Assembly: GCA_918797485.1 (NCBI GenBank)
Contig: CAKKNE010000004.1
Span: forward strand, 62,001-126,000
Length of the DNA stretch: 64,000 nt
Reading direction: 5' to 3'
Origin: Pelagomonas calceolata
Lineage: Eukaryota
Shown here in pieces: positions 54,545-64,000 of this stretch (positions within the stretch are counted from its first letter, which is position 1; each line of letters opens with the position of its first letter). The notes under the pieces are model-generated. The model was given only the letters and a program-made list of their open reading frames with translations. It was not told where the DNA came from and made no database searches. The position numbers and the translations under genes are program-made.

Positions 54545-55234
54545 TCAGAGCGTGAAGATGCCGGCCTCGCGGCGGCGCCGGTCGCCCTTCGCCGGCTTTC
54601 CGGAGTGGTCGCGATGCGGCGAGACCTTGCGGCCTTCGCGGAACCCAGGCGAGCGGACGCCCTGGTCGCGGCCGCGCGATGGCTTCTCCGTGGCGGCGGC
54701 GCGGTCGCGCCAGTAGGTCGCGCTCCCGCGGCGACCGTCAGTGTTCGTGCCGCGATCGAGCCAATAGCCCCGCGCGGCGCCCGCCGCCGCGGGCGCTCCG
54801 AGCACCGCGCGGTCCGAGCCGCTCCGCGACGGCGGCTTCTGGGGACGGCGCCCACCCTCGCGCGACGGCTTCCTTTCCGCGCGGCGCCCGCCCTCGCGCG
54901 ACGACGGCTTCTTGCTAAAGTGGCGCTCGACCTCGCTCTTCCGCGGCGGGGGGCCTGAGTCGAGCGCCCGCGCTCGCTCGAGAGCGTCAGCCAGCGCATC
55001 GAACTCGTCGTCGACCGTCACGGACCGCTCGCCGCGCGGTTCTTTACGGCTCGAGCCGTCGGCGCGCGGTGCTTCGCGGGTCGGGCCGTCGGCGCCGAGA
55101 TCGGACCCGGAGCGCGTAAGGCACCGCGGCGCAAACGGCCCGCGCCGGCCCGACGCGAGTCTACTATGTATTCTTAGGAGGCGGGGCGGCGGTCGATAGG
55201 GGGAAGTGGGGGTGGTGCCGCCGCGGAGCTCCAT
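54545..55234 (-). CDS. Low-complexity ORF (229 aa) in frame with and directly after the ATP synthase alpha stop codon
   Basis: Repeated KPS(S)REGG; DDEFDALADALERA; only ATG lies one codon after the upstream TAG. Confidence 0.45.
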   Translation of the reverse strand: MELRGGTTPTSPYRPPPRLLRIHSRLASGRRGPFAPRCLTRSGSDLGADGPTREAPRADGSSRKEPRGERSVTVDDEFDALADALERARALDSGPPPRKSEVERHFSKKPSSREGGRRAERKPSREGGRRPQKPPSRSGSDRAVLGAPAAAGAARGYWLDRGTNTDGRRGSATYWRDRAAATEKPSRGRDQGVRSPGFREGRKVSPHRDHSGKPAKGDRRRREAGIFTL

Positions 55235-55237
55235 GAT

Positions 55238-57032
55238 CTAGGCCGAGAACTGCGCCGTGAACGCCTCGCACGCGGCACCCAACTTCTCCTCCGTCGCGTC
55301 CGAGATGACGTAGCCGTCGTCGACGATCGCCTTGATGAGGCCGCCGTGCGACGACTTGACGTGCTCGAGCCAGGCCTTCTCGTAGTCCTGGATGGCGCTC
55401 ACGTCGACGGCGTCGATGTAGCCGCGGACACCCGCGAAGAGGATGACGACCTGCTCCTCGCACTCGAGGGGCACGTACTGGGCCTGCTTGAGGAGCTCGT
55501 AGAGGCGCACGCCGCGGTTCAGCTGCTGCTGCGTCGCCGGGTCGAGGTCCGAGCCGAACTTGGCGAAGGCCGCGACCTCGCGGTACTGGGCGAGGTCGAG
55601 CTTCATCGTGCCCGACACCTGCTTCATGGCCTTGACCTGGGCCGCCGAGCCGACGCGCGACACGCTGAGGCCGACGGAGATGGCGGGGCGCTGGCCCTGG
55701 TAGAAGAGCTCGTTCTCCAGGAAAATCTGGCCGTCCGTGATCGAAATCACATTGGTGGGAATGTAAGCCGACACGTCGCCGGCCTGCGTCTCGATGACGG
55801 GCAGCGCCGTCAACGAGCCTTCGCCGGCCATCTTGCCCATCTTCGCGGCGCGCTCGAGCAACCGCGAGTGGATGTAGAAGACGTCGCCCGGGTAGGCCTC
55901 GCGGCCGGGCGGGCGGCGCAGCAACAGGGACATCTGGCGGTAGGCCACGGCCTGCTTCGACAGGTCGTCATAAAAGATGACGGCGTGCTTGCCGTTGTCG
56001 CGGAAGTACTCGCCCATGGAGCAGCCCGTGTAGGGTGCCAGGAACTGCAAAGGAGCGCTCTCCGACGCCGTCGCCGCCACCACAATGCAGTTCTTCATCG
56101 CCTCCTGCTGTTCTAATTGACCAACTAACTGGGCAATGGTGGACCGCTTCTGGCCGACGCCCACGTAGATGCACATGAGCGCATCATCGCCCTTCGTCTT
56201 CTGGTTGATGATCGTATCAATAGCAATGGCCGTCTTGCCCGTCTGGCGATCCCCAATAATCAGCTCGCGCTGGCCGCGGCCGATGGGGATGAGGGCATCC
56301 ACAGCCTTCAAACCTGTCTGCACGGGCTCGGACACGGACTGCCTCGGGATGATGCCGGGGGCCTTGACTTCCGCGCGGCCGCGCGTCACGTCCTTGAGGG
56401 GACCCGCACCATCAATAGGTTCGCCTAAGCCATCGACGACGCGGCCCAACAACCCTTCCCCAACAGGCACGTCGACGATCGCTCCCGTGCGCTTGACCGC
56501 ATCACCCTCCAAAATCTCGCGGTCATCGCCGAAGATCACGACGCCGACCGACGACTCTTCGAGGTTGAGGGCCATGCCGCGCAGCCCGCAGGCGAACTCG
56601 ACCATCTCTCCCGCCTGGACGGAGTTGAGGCCGTAGACGCGCGCGATACCGTCGCCGACACTAATAACGTTGCCCATCTCGTTGAAGGCTAAAGCATCGC
56701 CGGAGCCGGCGACGTCGCCGATGCGCCTGCGTTTCGTTGTTTGTGAGTTTTGGGGGTTTAATGGGGGTCTCTCGCGTCTCGGCGAGTCGTCGACGGCGCG
56801 ACGACGCGTCGACGGCGTCCATGGCCCCTAGAATCTTGGCGGACCTTTTTAGTCCGTCGTTGATCTCGGGACGTCTGGCTCTCTGGCAGGGTTTTTTGCA
56901 GGACACGGCTTTGTACTTTTCGAGGTAAGAGCTGAGCTCGACGACGGAGCTCATGGCGCGCGCATGGCTCCGCGCGGGGGCCTGGAGGGCCCGCGCCAGG
57001 CGGGGCAAAGCTGCTCTCGCCACAGCCGCCAT
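55238..57032 (-). CDS. ATP1: Mitochondrial F1 ATP synthase alpha subunit, nucleus-encoded; 2 exons (57032-56917, 56726-55238)
   Basis: [29 protein letters not shown]; Arg/Ala-rich presequence; splice gives LSSYLEK|RIG. Confidence 0.96.
56727..56916 (-). other. GT-AG intron (190 nt), possibly an ancient Introner
   Basis: Phase-2 junction restores the frame; contains the acgccgtcgacgcg core but no clear TIR or TSD. Confidence 0.8.
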
Positions 57033-57501
57033 CGCTGCTCGTCTCAGTCAGGCAAGCGCTTGCTGAGGCTGGAAACTGGTCCTACGTGCCGCAAGGGGGT
57101 CCGTCGGGCAGTCTGTCGGGCCAATCCCGCGGCCGCGATGCCTATTGGTGAGCACGCCCAGCGATTTAGTGCGGGTGCGAACCGGGCTTCCACACCCGTC
57201 TCTCGACCCTTGCGAGGCCTCTCTCAACAGATCGCCAGCCTTTTTTTGGCATTTCAGCAGACCTCGAAGCTGCCGGCGCCGCGACCTCCGGGCCATTTTG
57301 CATCCTGCCGCACGCGACGAGCAAAGCTCGTGCAGCAAAAACCTGCAGTGCAAACAGTTCCTGTCGATCGTACAGACACAGGACCCGAGCGCTCAGCACT
57401 CTCATTCCGCTCACGCTGAATAGAAAACACCACAGGAGAGAGAGCATCTCCTCCGCGACGACGTCGACGCGCAAGACAAGCGAAAACAACTAGCACAAAA
57501 C

Positions 57502-58617
57502 ATGGCCAGCTTCTCCCTCGAACCGAAAGCATGGACCGGCGACGGCGCCGACCTCAAGGACTCGAACATGGCCCTGGTCGGGAGCGAGCTCGACAAAATA
57601 GCAAGAAAGTCCGCCGCCGAGAAGGAGGCCGCCTGGGTTTCTTGTGGCAAGGCCCCGGGCATTGAAGTGTGGCGCATCGAGAACTTCCAGGTCAAAGCCT
57701 GGCCCGCCGAGCGCCACGGCGCGTTCCACACGGGCGATTCGTATATAGTACTGAAAACCACAAAAATAGAAAGCAAGCTGACCTGGGACATCCATTTTTG
57801 GTTGGGGAGTACCACCAGTCAAGACGAGATGGGCACGGCGGCCTACAAGACCGTGGAGCTTGACGATTATTTCGACCAAGCCGCGATCCAACACAGAGAA
57901 ACGCAGGGCCACGAATCTCTCCAATTCACGAAGCTCTTCAAGGAGATCACGTATCTCGAAGGTGGAATAGATAGCGGCTTCCACCACGTGGAAGGCGGGA
58001 CGCAGATAAAAAAATTATTCCGAGTGAGGAAGACGAAGCATACTGTTAGAGTGGCCGAGGTGCCCTGCACCCGTAAGTCGTTGAACCAGGGCGACTGCTT
58101 TTTATTGGATTTGGGCGATACGCTCTACCCGTGGTTCGGCGAGGACGCGTCGCCGTTTGAAAGGGCCAAGTGCGGCACGCGCGCGCACAACGTGGCGATC
58201 TCGCGCCACGGTCATTGTAAGGTGAAGGAGGCGCCGGACGCGGCTTTTTGGAGTGCGTTAGGCGGCGAAGGGCCCATCGCGCCGGCTTCTGAAGCTCCAG
58301 CCCCAGAAAAAGAAGAGGTCGGCGAAGGCGTCCTCTACAAGCTCTCGGACGCCTCTGGGGCGTTGACGTGCACGGAGGCGAAGCGCGGCGACATCAAGGT
58401 CACGGACCTCGACTCGAACGACGTCTTCATCCTGGACGCGGGCCGCGAGATTTTTGTCTGGGTCGGGTCCAAGGCGTCGGACGCGGAGCGGCGCAACGCC
58501 ATGCCGACGGCCCAGGCCTACCTCCACGCGAACGACAAGCCCATCCACACGGCGGTCCACTGCGTCAACGAGGGCACGCCGTTCAACAACGAGGTGTGGG
58601 CCGCGATCATGAAGTAG
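57502..58617 (+). CDS. Gelsolin/severin/fragmin-family actin-binding protein (3 domains)
   Basis: IEVWRIENF, FHTGDSYIVL, DIHFWLG, AAYKTVELDD, SLNQGDCFLLD, LDSNDVFILD. Confidence 0.95.
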   Translation: MASFSLEPKAWTGDGADLKDSNMALVGSELDKIARKSAAEKEAAWVSCGKAPGIEVWRIENFQVKAWPAERHGAFHTGDSYIVLKTTKIESKLTWDIHFWLGSTTSQDEMGTAAYKTVELDDYFDQAAIQHRETQGHESLQFTKLFKEITYLEGGIDSGFHHVEGGTQIKKLFRVRKTKHTVRVAEVPCTRKSLNQGDCFLLDLGDTLYPWFGEDASPFERAKCGTRAHNVAISRHGHCKVKEAPDAAFWSALGGEGPIAPASEAPAPEKEEVGEGVLYKLSDASGALTCTEAKRGDIKVTDLDSNDVFILDAGREIFVWVGSKASDAERRNAMPTAQAYLHANDKPIHTAVHCVNEGTPFNNEVWAAIMK

Positions 58618-58861
58618 GCGCGCGCGTTTCTTAATTAGTAGATGCACAATCACAGGACGAACGAACGACTTGCGGGGGAGGGACTTTGGTACGCATAGAG
58701 GGCGGCTTGGCGCTTAAGCGACGGGTTTTTCAGGTTTTGACTGCGTCGCTTTAAGGCGTTCGGCAAACGGGACGGGCATTGTGGTGTACTCCGCTCTGTG
58801 ACCGCGGCAAGATAAAAACGGAGGAGCACCATTAGAGAGATTAAAAAAGTGACCACTGACC

Positions 58862-59545
58862 ATGCCACCGTGTGGAGTTAAGCTACCTGCAAGGCTCCAC
58901 CGGGAGACGGTCTTTTGGCAAATGCTCCCCTGGGACCGCGTGAATGAAAGGCGGCGCCGTTCTTGGGACACCCCCAGCTGGGTCATGTTGCCTTCGGTCA
59001 AATTGTGTGTATACGACCACCGGTACACTCACTCTATTAATTTTAACCCGAAAGATTTTCACGGGGGCTGGTCGCGAGTCTACCTCCATGATGACTCGCG
59101 GAGAACGGGCTGGTCATCACGGGGGCTGGTCGCCTGGACTCGCGAGATTCCTCAGTGTGTTAACGCCAAGCAGCTGATGCTCATACCGAAGACAATTCGC
59201 GAGGTCGAGCGTCATCTTTTGCTCTTGGAAACGGGCCGGGCCGTGCTTGTGCTGCGACAATGGCCGTCGGCCACCTACTACTTAGGGTTGTATCAGGCAC
59301 TTTCTCTGCTAGCTCGCCTTTTACGTAAGGGCCACCTCGGCAAGGCGATGGTCGCGCACGTTCTCACCATGCTCGGCGGGCCGATGGAGCGGATGGAAAG
59401 CTGGGGTCCGCCGGGAAGAAACAAGCGCCGGCCCTGCAAGGTAAAGGTGTGCCACCCTCACGGATTCTCCTCCTCCGGGGACCGTGAATATCTAGTATAC
59501 ACGGCGCTCCTGGGGGGGGTCAGAAATTACCACGCCACGGACTAA
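58862..59545 (+). CDS. Orphan ORF (227 aa) with atypical codon usage
   Basis: ATG ORF filling an otherwise empty gap; many A/T-ending codons; no motif recognised. Confidence 0.4.
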   Translation: MPPCGVKLPARLHRETVFWQMLPWDRVNERRRRSWDTPSWVMLPSVKLCVYDHRYTHSINFNPKDFHGGWSRVYLHDDSRRTGWSSRGLVAWTREIPQCVNAKQLMLIPKTIREVERHLLLLETGRAVLVLRQWPSATYYLGLYQALSLLARLLRKGHLGKAMVAHVLTMLGGPMERMESWGPPGRNKRRPCKVKVCHPHGFSSSGDREYLVYTALLGGVRNYHATD

Positions 59546-59832
59546 GACTAACTTCACACAATAATATTACCCACTCTCCGCCTCGGGCAGCGCCACGCTC
59601 CGCGAGATGGCCTCCTCGTCGTCGGCCGCGTCGTCGTCGTCGTCCATGCCGTTTTTCCTGAGAAGCCGCGGGTGGACGTCGTCGGTCGCGCGCGCGCAGT
59701 CGGCGACGCGGCAGTCGTCCGCGGCGGCCACGAGCTCGGCGACCGCGCCGTCGACCAGCGCCACGCCGGCCGCGCCGCGGGGCGCGTGGAAGCCGTCGAA
59801 GGCCTCGCGCGCGACGATGAGCGGCCGGTGGA

Positions 59833-60987
59833 TCACAGAACGAACGACTTCCGGGGCGGACTCTTCGAGAGCTCGGGCGTCACCGGCGACAGGTTGTTCG
59901 ACCGGTCCCCGAGCTCGGAGAAGCCGCTGGGCACGCCGGGCGGCCGCGGCGGCGTACGGAATTGTCCCGGGCTCTGCGACACGCGTGGTGGCGACTTCGG
60001 GACGGGCGGCGGCGGCGGCATCGCGGAGGCGTCCGGCGCCGGTAGCCGCGAATTAAATGCTTCCAACTCCGCCAATTTGGCCGCCTGGTTTTCTGGAGTA
60101 AAATCCGCCCAGGGCGCGACGGTGTCGTCGTCCTCGAACTCCGTGGGGATTTTTGTGGTGATAAAGGGCGACACCTGGGCCCCGAGATCCCGCAAAGCCC
60201 TCCTCAATTTCTCGTCCGCCGCACGCCTTTCCTCGGCGTCGGCGACCGCCTCGAGCGCCTCGACCACGTCGTCGTCCGTCATCTCGCGCAGGTCGTCGGG
60301 GTCGTCGGCGATGTCCGCGAGCGCGTTCGTGAGCGCGGCGAGGCCTCGCGCCGCGAGCCACGCCTCCAGCGACTCCGTCTCGACGAGGCGCCGCCGCGCG
60401 GGGTTCTCGCGCGCCCTCAACAAATTCACGACAGCTACGCGTTGCCGTTCGGACGCGACGTCGACGAGGGACGCGCCGCCGCGGTTCAGCGCGTACAGCA
60501 GGCTCGGGTCCGCGTCGAGCGCGGCCTCGAGGCCCTCCACGTCACCTCGCGCGGCGCAGCGAAACGCGTGCTTTACCTCGGGCGGCGGGTCCGGCAGGCG
60601 CGGCACCGTCAGCTCGCCCTCGTCGAGGTCGTCCAGATCTAGCTCGTAGGCGCACGAGTACTCCGACGCCTCGGACTCGCGCCCTCTTCTCAACGAGCTC
60701 CGGACGCGCTCGCTCCGGTCGCGGATCTCGCCGATCGGCGTGCCCGAGGCGTCCGTCGACCGGTCCGAGCCGCGGCGGTTCGGCGTGTCGGCGTCGGCCG
60801 GCTCGACGGATGCCGTTTCGGCGAACGACGTCGACGCTGCGAGCGGCGCGGCTGGCTCCACCGCGACGGCGGGGACCGATGCAGCGGTTACCTCAGGGTT
60901 TGTAGTGGAGGCGCTGCTGCGGCGGCTGCGCGAACTCTTACCGGCAGCAGTTCGCCGCGCAGCGTCGAGGCCATGATGCTCCGCCAT
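59833..60987 (-). CDS. Ankyrin-repeat plus SAM-like domain protein
   Basis: AFRCAARGDVEGLEAAL...GASLVDVA; SLEAWLAARGL...DLREMTDDDV; 3' end uncertain. Confidence 0.7.
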   Translation of the reverse strand: MAEHHGLDAARRTAAGKSSRSRRSSASTTNPEVTAASVPAVAVEPAAPLAASTSFAETASVEPADADTPNRRGSDRSTDASGTPIGEIRDRSERVRSSLRRGRESEASEYSCAYELDLDDLDEGELTVPRLPDPPPEVKHAFRCAARGDVEGLEAALDADPSLLYALNRGGASLVDVASERQRVAVVNLLRARENPARRRLVETESLEAWLAARGLAALTNALADIADDPDDLREMTDDDVVEALEAVADAEERRAADEKLRRALRDLGAQVSPFITTKIPTEFEDDDTVAPWADFTPENQAAKLAELEAFNSRLPAPDASAMPPPPPVPKSPPRVSQSPGQFRTPPRPPGVPSGFSELGDRSNNLSPVTPELSKSPPRKSFVL

Positions 60988-61201
60988 GAATTGAGCTCTA
61001 GAGCCCGGACGGCAGCTCTATGCCGCGCGTTTGCCGCGGCCAGCAGCCGGCGCCAGCTTTTTGGTGCGGGTCTTCGAGCCAAAAGCGCTTGGCTCTGCGT
61101 CTGTCAGTGGTTGCTGTGCTGCATTTTGTGCCTTGTGAGCTCAAATTGATCGGTGGTACGAAATTCGCACGGCTGCTTCCGCCGGGGCGCATTACAAAGC
61201 C

Positions 61202-62203
61202 ATGATTTTAAGATGTGCTCTGGCAACCCTGTGCGCACTGACGGGCGCGATACGTACTGTTTCGGGCCTCCAAGTACCTGCGAGACCCAAACAGATCAGA
61301 TGCCAGCGCGCCGCGGCACCGGCGCCCGCGCCTCAGGAAAACGAGGGCGACGCCGCGCCGGCGGCGGCACCGCTCGCGCGGAGCGAGGACGCGCCGCCGC
61401 CGCCGTCGTCGAATCCCTTCGACGCCCTGAAGAAGGGCTTCGAGGTCGCCGTGCAGAGCGCCACGAACAATCCGGACTACAAGTTCGGTGACGCGACGCG
61501 CAGCGTCGGCCGGGGCGCGGCCAGCGCGATCAACGCCGTCACGGGCGAGACGGAGTACAAGTTCGGCGACCTGAGCCGCTGGCTCGACCGCTCGGCCAAG
61601 GCTAAAGTTAATGAGCTCACGGGCGAGGCGGAGTACAAGTTCGGCGACCTCTCGCGGTGGCTCGACAGGAGCGCGAAGGACAAGGTCGCCGAGCTGTCGT
61701 CCAAGGACCAGTACGAGTTCGGCGACCTCACGAAGCTCATCGTGAGCCGGGCCTCGCAGCTGACGATGAAGGACGCGACGATGCTCCTGAAGGCCCTGCT
61801 CTCGTTTAATGTTGGATTGTCCTCGGTCGGCGGGCTCCTACCGATCAAGTTCCTGGTCGAGGTGCTGAACTATTCGCTCCTGGTGGACGTGGGGGAACGA
61901 TTAGCGGGCATGGTCGCGGTCGAGATCGACAAGCGCGTAAAGGAGGCGTTGACGGGGGATAGTGAGTACAAGCTGGGCGACCTCACGAAGCGCGCGGTGA
62001 AGACGTTTACGAGAAAAGAGAATTATGAGTTCGGCGACGTCTCGCGAGAAGTTATGAGGCGCTTCGAGGAGCCGGGCGGCGACGCCGCGACGGCCTTCGG
62101 CGACTCCGACGGGTCGACGGCGATCGACGCCGAGCTCGCGGAGGAGCTCGACCGATGGGATGCACGATTCCTTGCTCGCGACGCGGACACGACGACGGCG
62201 TAA
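61202..62203 (+). CDS. Signal-peptide protein with six Y(K/E)(F/L)GD repeats
   Basis: DYKFGDAT, EYKFGDLS x2, QYEFGDLT, EYKLGDLT, NYEFGDVS; near-identical 78-bp-period DNA repeat at ~61540-61690. Confidence 0.8.
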   Translation: MILRCALATLCALTGAIRTVSGLQVPARPKQIRCQRAAAPAPAPQENEGDAAPAAAPLARSEDAPPPPSSNPFDALKKGFEVAVQSATNNPDYKFGDATRSVGRGAASAINAVTGETEYKFGDLSRWLDRSAKAKVNELTGEAEYKFGDLSRWLDRSAKDKVAELSSKDQYEFGDLTKLIVSRASQLTMKDATMLLKALLSFNVGLSSVGGLLPIKFLVEVLNYSLLVDVGERLAGMVAVEIDKRVKEALTGDSEYKLGDLTKRAVKTFTRKENYEFGDVSREVMRRFEEPGGDAATAFGDSDGSTAIDAELAEELDRWDARFLARDADTTTA

Positions 62204-62228
62204 TTTTGTTGTGTAGTTCTTACTCTAG

Positions 62229-62528
62229 CTAGCCGAGGAGGACGGACTCGGAGACAAAAGCTATCCCGTAATAGCCTCTGACTATGGAGGAAGACCACGA
62301 GCCGTCGGCGGCGCGCTCGTGCGCCCATCTGTAAACCTCGCAACCACCCCACTGGTTATTCGTGGAATGATCTGTGAAGACAACCAACCGGCCGTTGTGG
62401 ACGCATGCACACTTAAACCGCTCAAATGTTCTTCTCCCGAGGCGCACGTTCTCGGCCCACAATCTCGCGGCGTCCAGGTCCCGCACGACGTGGACCTGCT
62501 CCGGCAGGAGCCGCGGCTCCGATTCCAT
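62229..62528 (-). CDS. Possible small protein (99 aa)
   Basis: ATG ORF with globular-looking composition, convergent with the 61202 gene at typical tight spacing. Confidence 0.35.
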   Translation of the reverse strand: MESEPRLLPEQVHVVRDLDAARLWAENVRLGRRTFERFKCACVHNGRLVVFTDHSTNNQWGGCEVYRWAHERAADGSWSSSIVRGYYGIAFVSESVLLG

Positions 62529-63736
62529 CGCAAGTTTGCGTGCCCGTGGCGTCGCTCCACATTGAATTCCGGGGCGTGCGCATCGGCGGCCTCGACACAG
62601 CCGACATGGTCGGCTTGCGCGACGGCGACCGGCTCGACGCCAAGATTGTGTCGCTAGGTGATATCAAAATGCACCTGAAAATACTCGAGGCCGGCAACGC
62701 CCGCAGCACTGAAGCGACGGCGGCGGCGGGGGCCTTGGCGAGACTCACCGATAACGACGCCGCCAACTGCGCCGCGATCGTCGACGCCGGCGGCATCGAA
62801 CTGCTCGTGGCGCTCGTGACGAATGGAGCGGCCCGCGGCCAGGAGCAGGCCATGTGGACGTTGTTCCACCTCGCCGACGACGCCGCCAACAAGGACGCGA
62901 TTCGTGAGGCCGGCGGCATCGCGCCGCTTGTTGCGCTCGCGAGGAGCGGTTCGGCCGGCGGCAAGCAGGTGGCCGCAGCGGCGGCGTTGGCGAGCCTCGC
63001 CGTCCATAACGATGCGAACCAGACCGCGATCGCCGCGGCCGGCGGCATCGCGCCGCTCGTGGCGATCCTGAGGAGGAGCGGCGCGGCCGGCGGCAATGCC
63101 GCGGGGGCGTTGACAAACCTCGCCCTCAAAGCCGCCAACCGCACCGCAATCGTCGAGGCCGGCGCCATTCCGCCGCTCGTGGCGCTCCTGAGGAGCGGCG
63201 AGGAGAAGGCAGTGATGGCGTTGAACAACCTCGCCTGCAACCGTGACGCCTGCACCGCGATCGCCGAGGCCGGCGCTATCCCGCCGATCGTGGCGCTCCT
63301 GAAGAACGGCAAGGCCCTCGGCCAGGAGTGTGCCGCGCGGGCGTTGTGGAACCTCGCCTTCAAAAACGCGGCCAACAAGGTCGCAATTGTCGCGGCCGGC
63401 GCCGTCGACCCACTTTACGCGCTCGCGCGCGCCGGTGGGAGCTTGAAGGCGGCGGCCGTGGGGGCTCTGAAAGAGCTCAAACGCCACGCGTTGGCATGGG
63501 CTCTGCGTCACCGGAAGCGCCGCATTTACCCGCTGCTCCTCGCCACGGGCGCTACGATCCCGCCCCACGCCGAGGACGCCTATCTGCGCAAGGTCGCCGC
63601 GGCCGGCGGCTTCCCGGCGTACGAGAAGGCCCATCGGCAGGCGTTCGACGCGTTGGCTGCGAAGGCTTTCCCATGCCTCCCGACCGACGTCACCGCGCAT
63701 GTCGCCTCCTTCGCGTTCCACGTTGGCTACTACTAG
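62426..63736 (+). CDS. Armadillo-repeat protein with SUMO-like N-terminal fragment and F-box-like C-terminal tail (start uncertain)
   Basis: About 6 repeats of N..AI.EAG.I.PLVALL; LHIEFRG.RI...DT...GL.DGD.LDA; LPTDVTAHVASF. Confidence 0.85.
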   Translation: MFFSRGARSRPTISRRPGPARRGPAPAGAAAPIPSQVCVPVASLHIEFRGVRIGGLDTADMVGLRDGDRLDAKIVSLGDIKMHLKILEAGNARSTEATAAAGALARLTDNDAANCAAIVDAGGIELLVALVTNGAARGQEQAMWTLFHLADDAANKDAIREAGGIAPLVALARSGSAGGKQVAAAAALASLAVHNDANQTAIAAAGGIAPLVAILRRSGAAGGNAAGALTNLALKAANRTAIVEAGAIPPLVALLRSGEEKAVMALNNLACNRDACTAIAEAGAIPPIVALLKNGKALGQECAARALWNLAFKNAANKVAIVAAGAVDPLYALARAGGSLKAAAVGALKELKRHALAWALRHRKRRIYPLLLATGATIPPHAEDAYLRKVAAAGGFPAYEKAHRQAFDALAAKAFPCLPTDVTAHVASFAFHVGYY

Positions 63737-63762
63737 TAAGAGGGTAATACTTAAGACGCCTA

Positions 63763-64000
63763 CTACGCCCCAATAGCCGTGTGCATCCGCGCGACGCCGT
63801 TACCGCGGCGCCGGTTCCGCTTGACGTACTCCACGGTGCCGCTCATCGGGTACAGCACGAGATCATCAAACGCGTCGCCCGCGTCGGGCCGCTTCGAGAG
63901 CGCCGCGAGCTCCATTAAGTCGTGGACCTGGACGTTCGGCTTCGCGTCGCCCGCGACCTTGGCCCAGGCCTCCTCGAGGTCGGCCAGGTCCAGAAAGACC
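63763..64000 (-). CDS. 3' end of a gene running off the window, Tic22-like
   Basis: VFLDLADLEEAWAKV..PNVQVHDLMEL...DDLVLYP...VEYV...IGA*; partial sequence only. Confidence 0.5.
   Translation of the reverse strand, partial: VFLDLADLEEAWAKVAGDAKPNVQVHDLMELAALSKRPDAGDAFDDLVLYPMSGTVEYVKRNRRRGNGVARMHTAIGA

Noticed and set aside
55238..57032. Nuclear location of mitochondrial ATP synthase alpha
   Set aside because: Known in several ochrophyte lineages.
59567..59836. Coding-looking ORF overlapping the stop of the ankyrin/SAM gene (possible frameshift)
   Set aside because: No slippery site or convincing intron; cannot distinguish an indel from a chance ORF.
1..64000. Many long overlapping ORFs (e.g. 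8517-10070 +, 25125-26147 -, 30530-31783 -, 33779-34903 +, 62422-63378 -)
   Set aside because: Antisense or off-frame shadows of real genes, caused by stop-codon scarcity at high GC; Arg/Ser/Ala-rich with no motifs.

Overview
GC-rich, very gene-dense eukaryotic nuclear DNA. Bipartite plastid-targeting peptides, a ciliary gene, EF-hand KEA3 and the intron type suggest a photosynthetic stramenopile, probably a pelagophyte (Pelagomonas/Aureococcus-like; inference). I count about 42 protein genes; most other ORFs in the track are antisense or off-frame GC shadows. No rRNA, tRNA or CRISPR was seen. Two things stand out. (1) About 14 introns belong to one Introner-type non-autonomous transposon family: TIR CTGTGTGGAAATCAA...TTGATTTCCACACAG, an 8-bp TSD that supplies the GT/GC donor, and a TIR end that supplies the AG acceptor. 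They form an age series with systematic changes in their ends and donors. (2) A ~4.1-kb two-gene cassette (43355-47410) encodes a divergent XPG/FEN1-family nuclease with recognisable catalytic motifs plus a divergently transcribed orphan. It is bracketed by a 175/176-bp direct duplication of the 3' ends of two convergent host genes. The copies differ mainly by synonymous changes, which suggests an undescribed homing or 3'-end-replacement element. All protein family calls are motif recognition by eye, not database searches.
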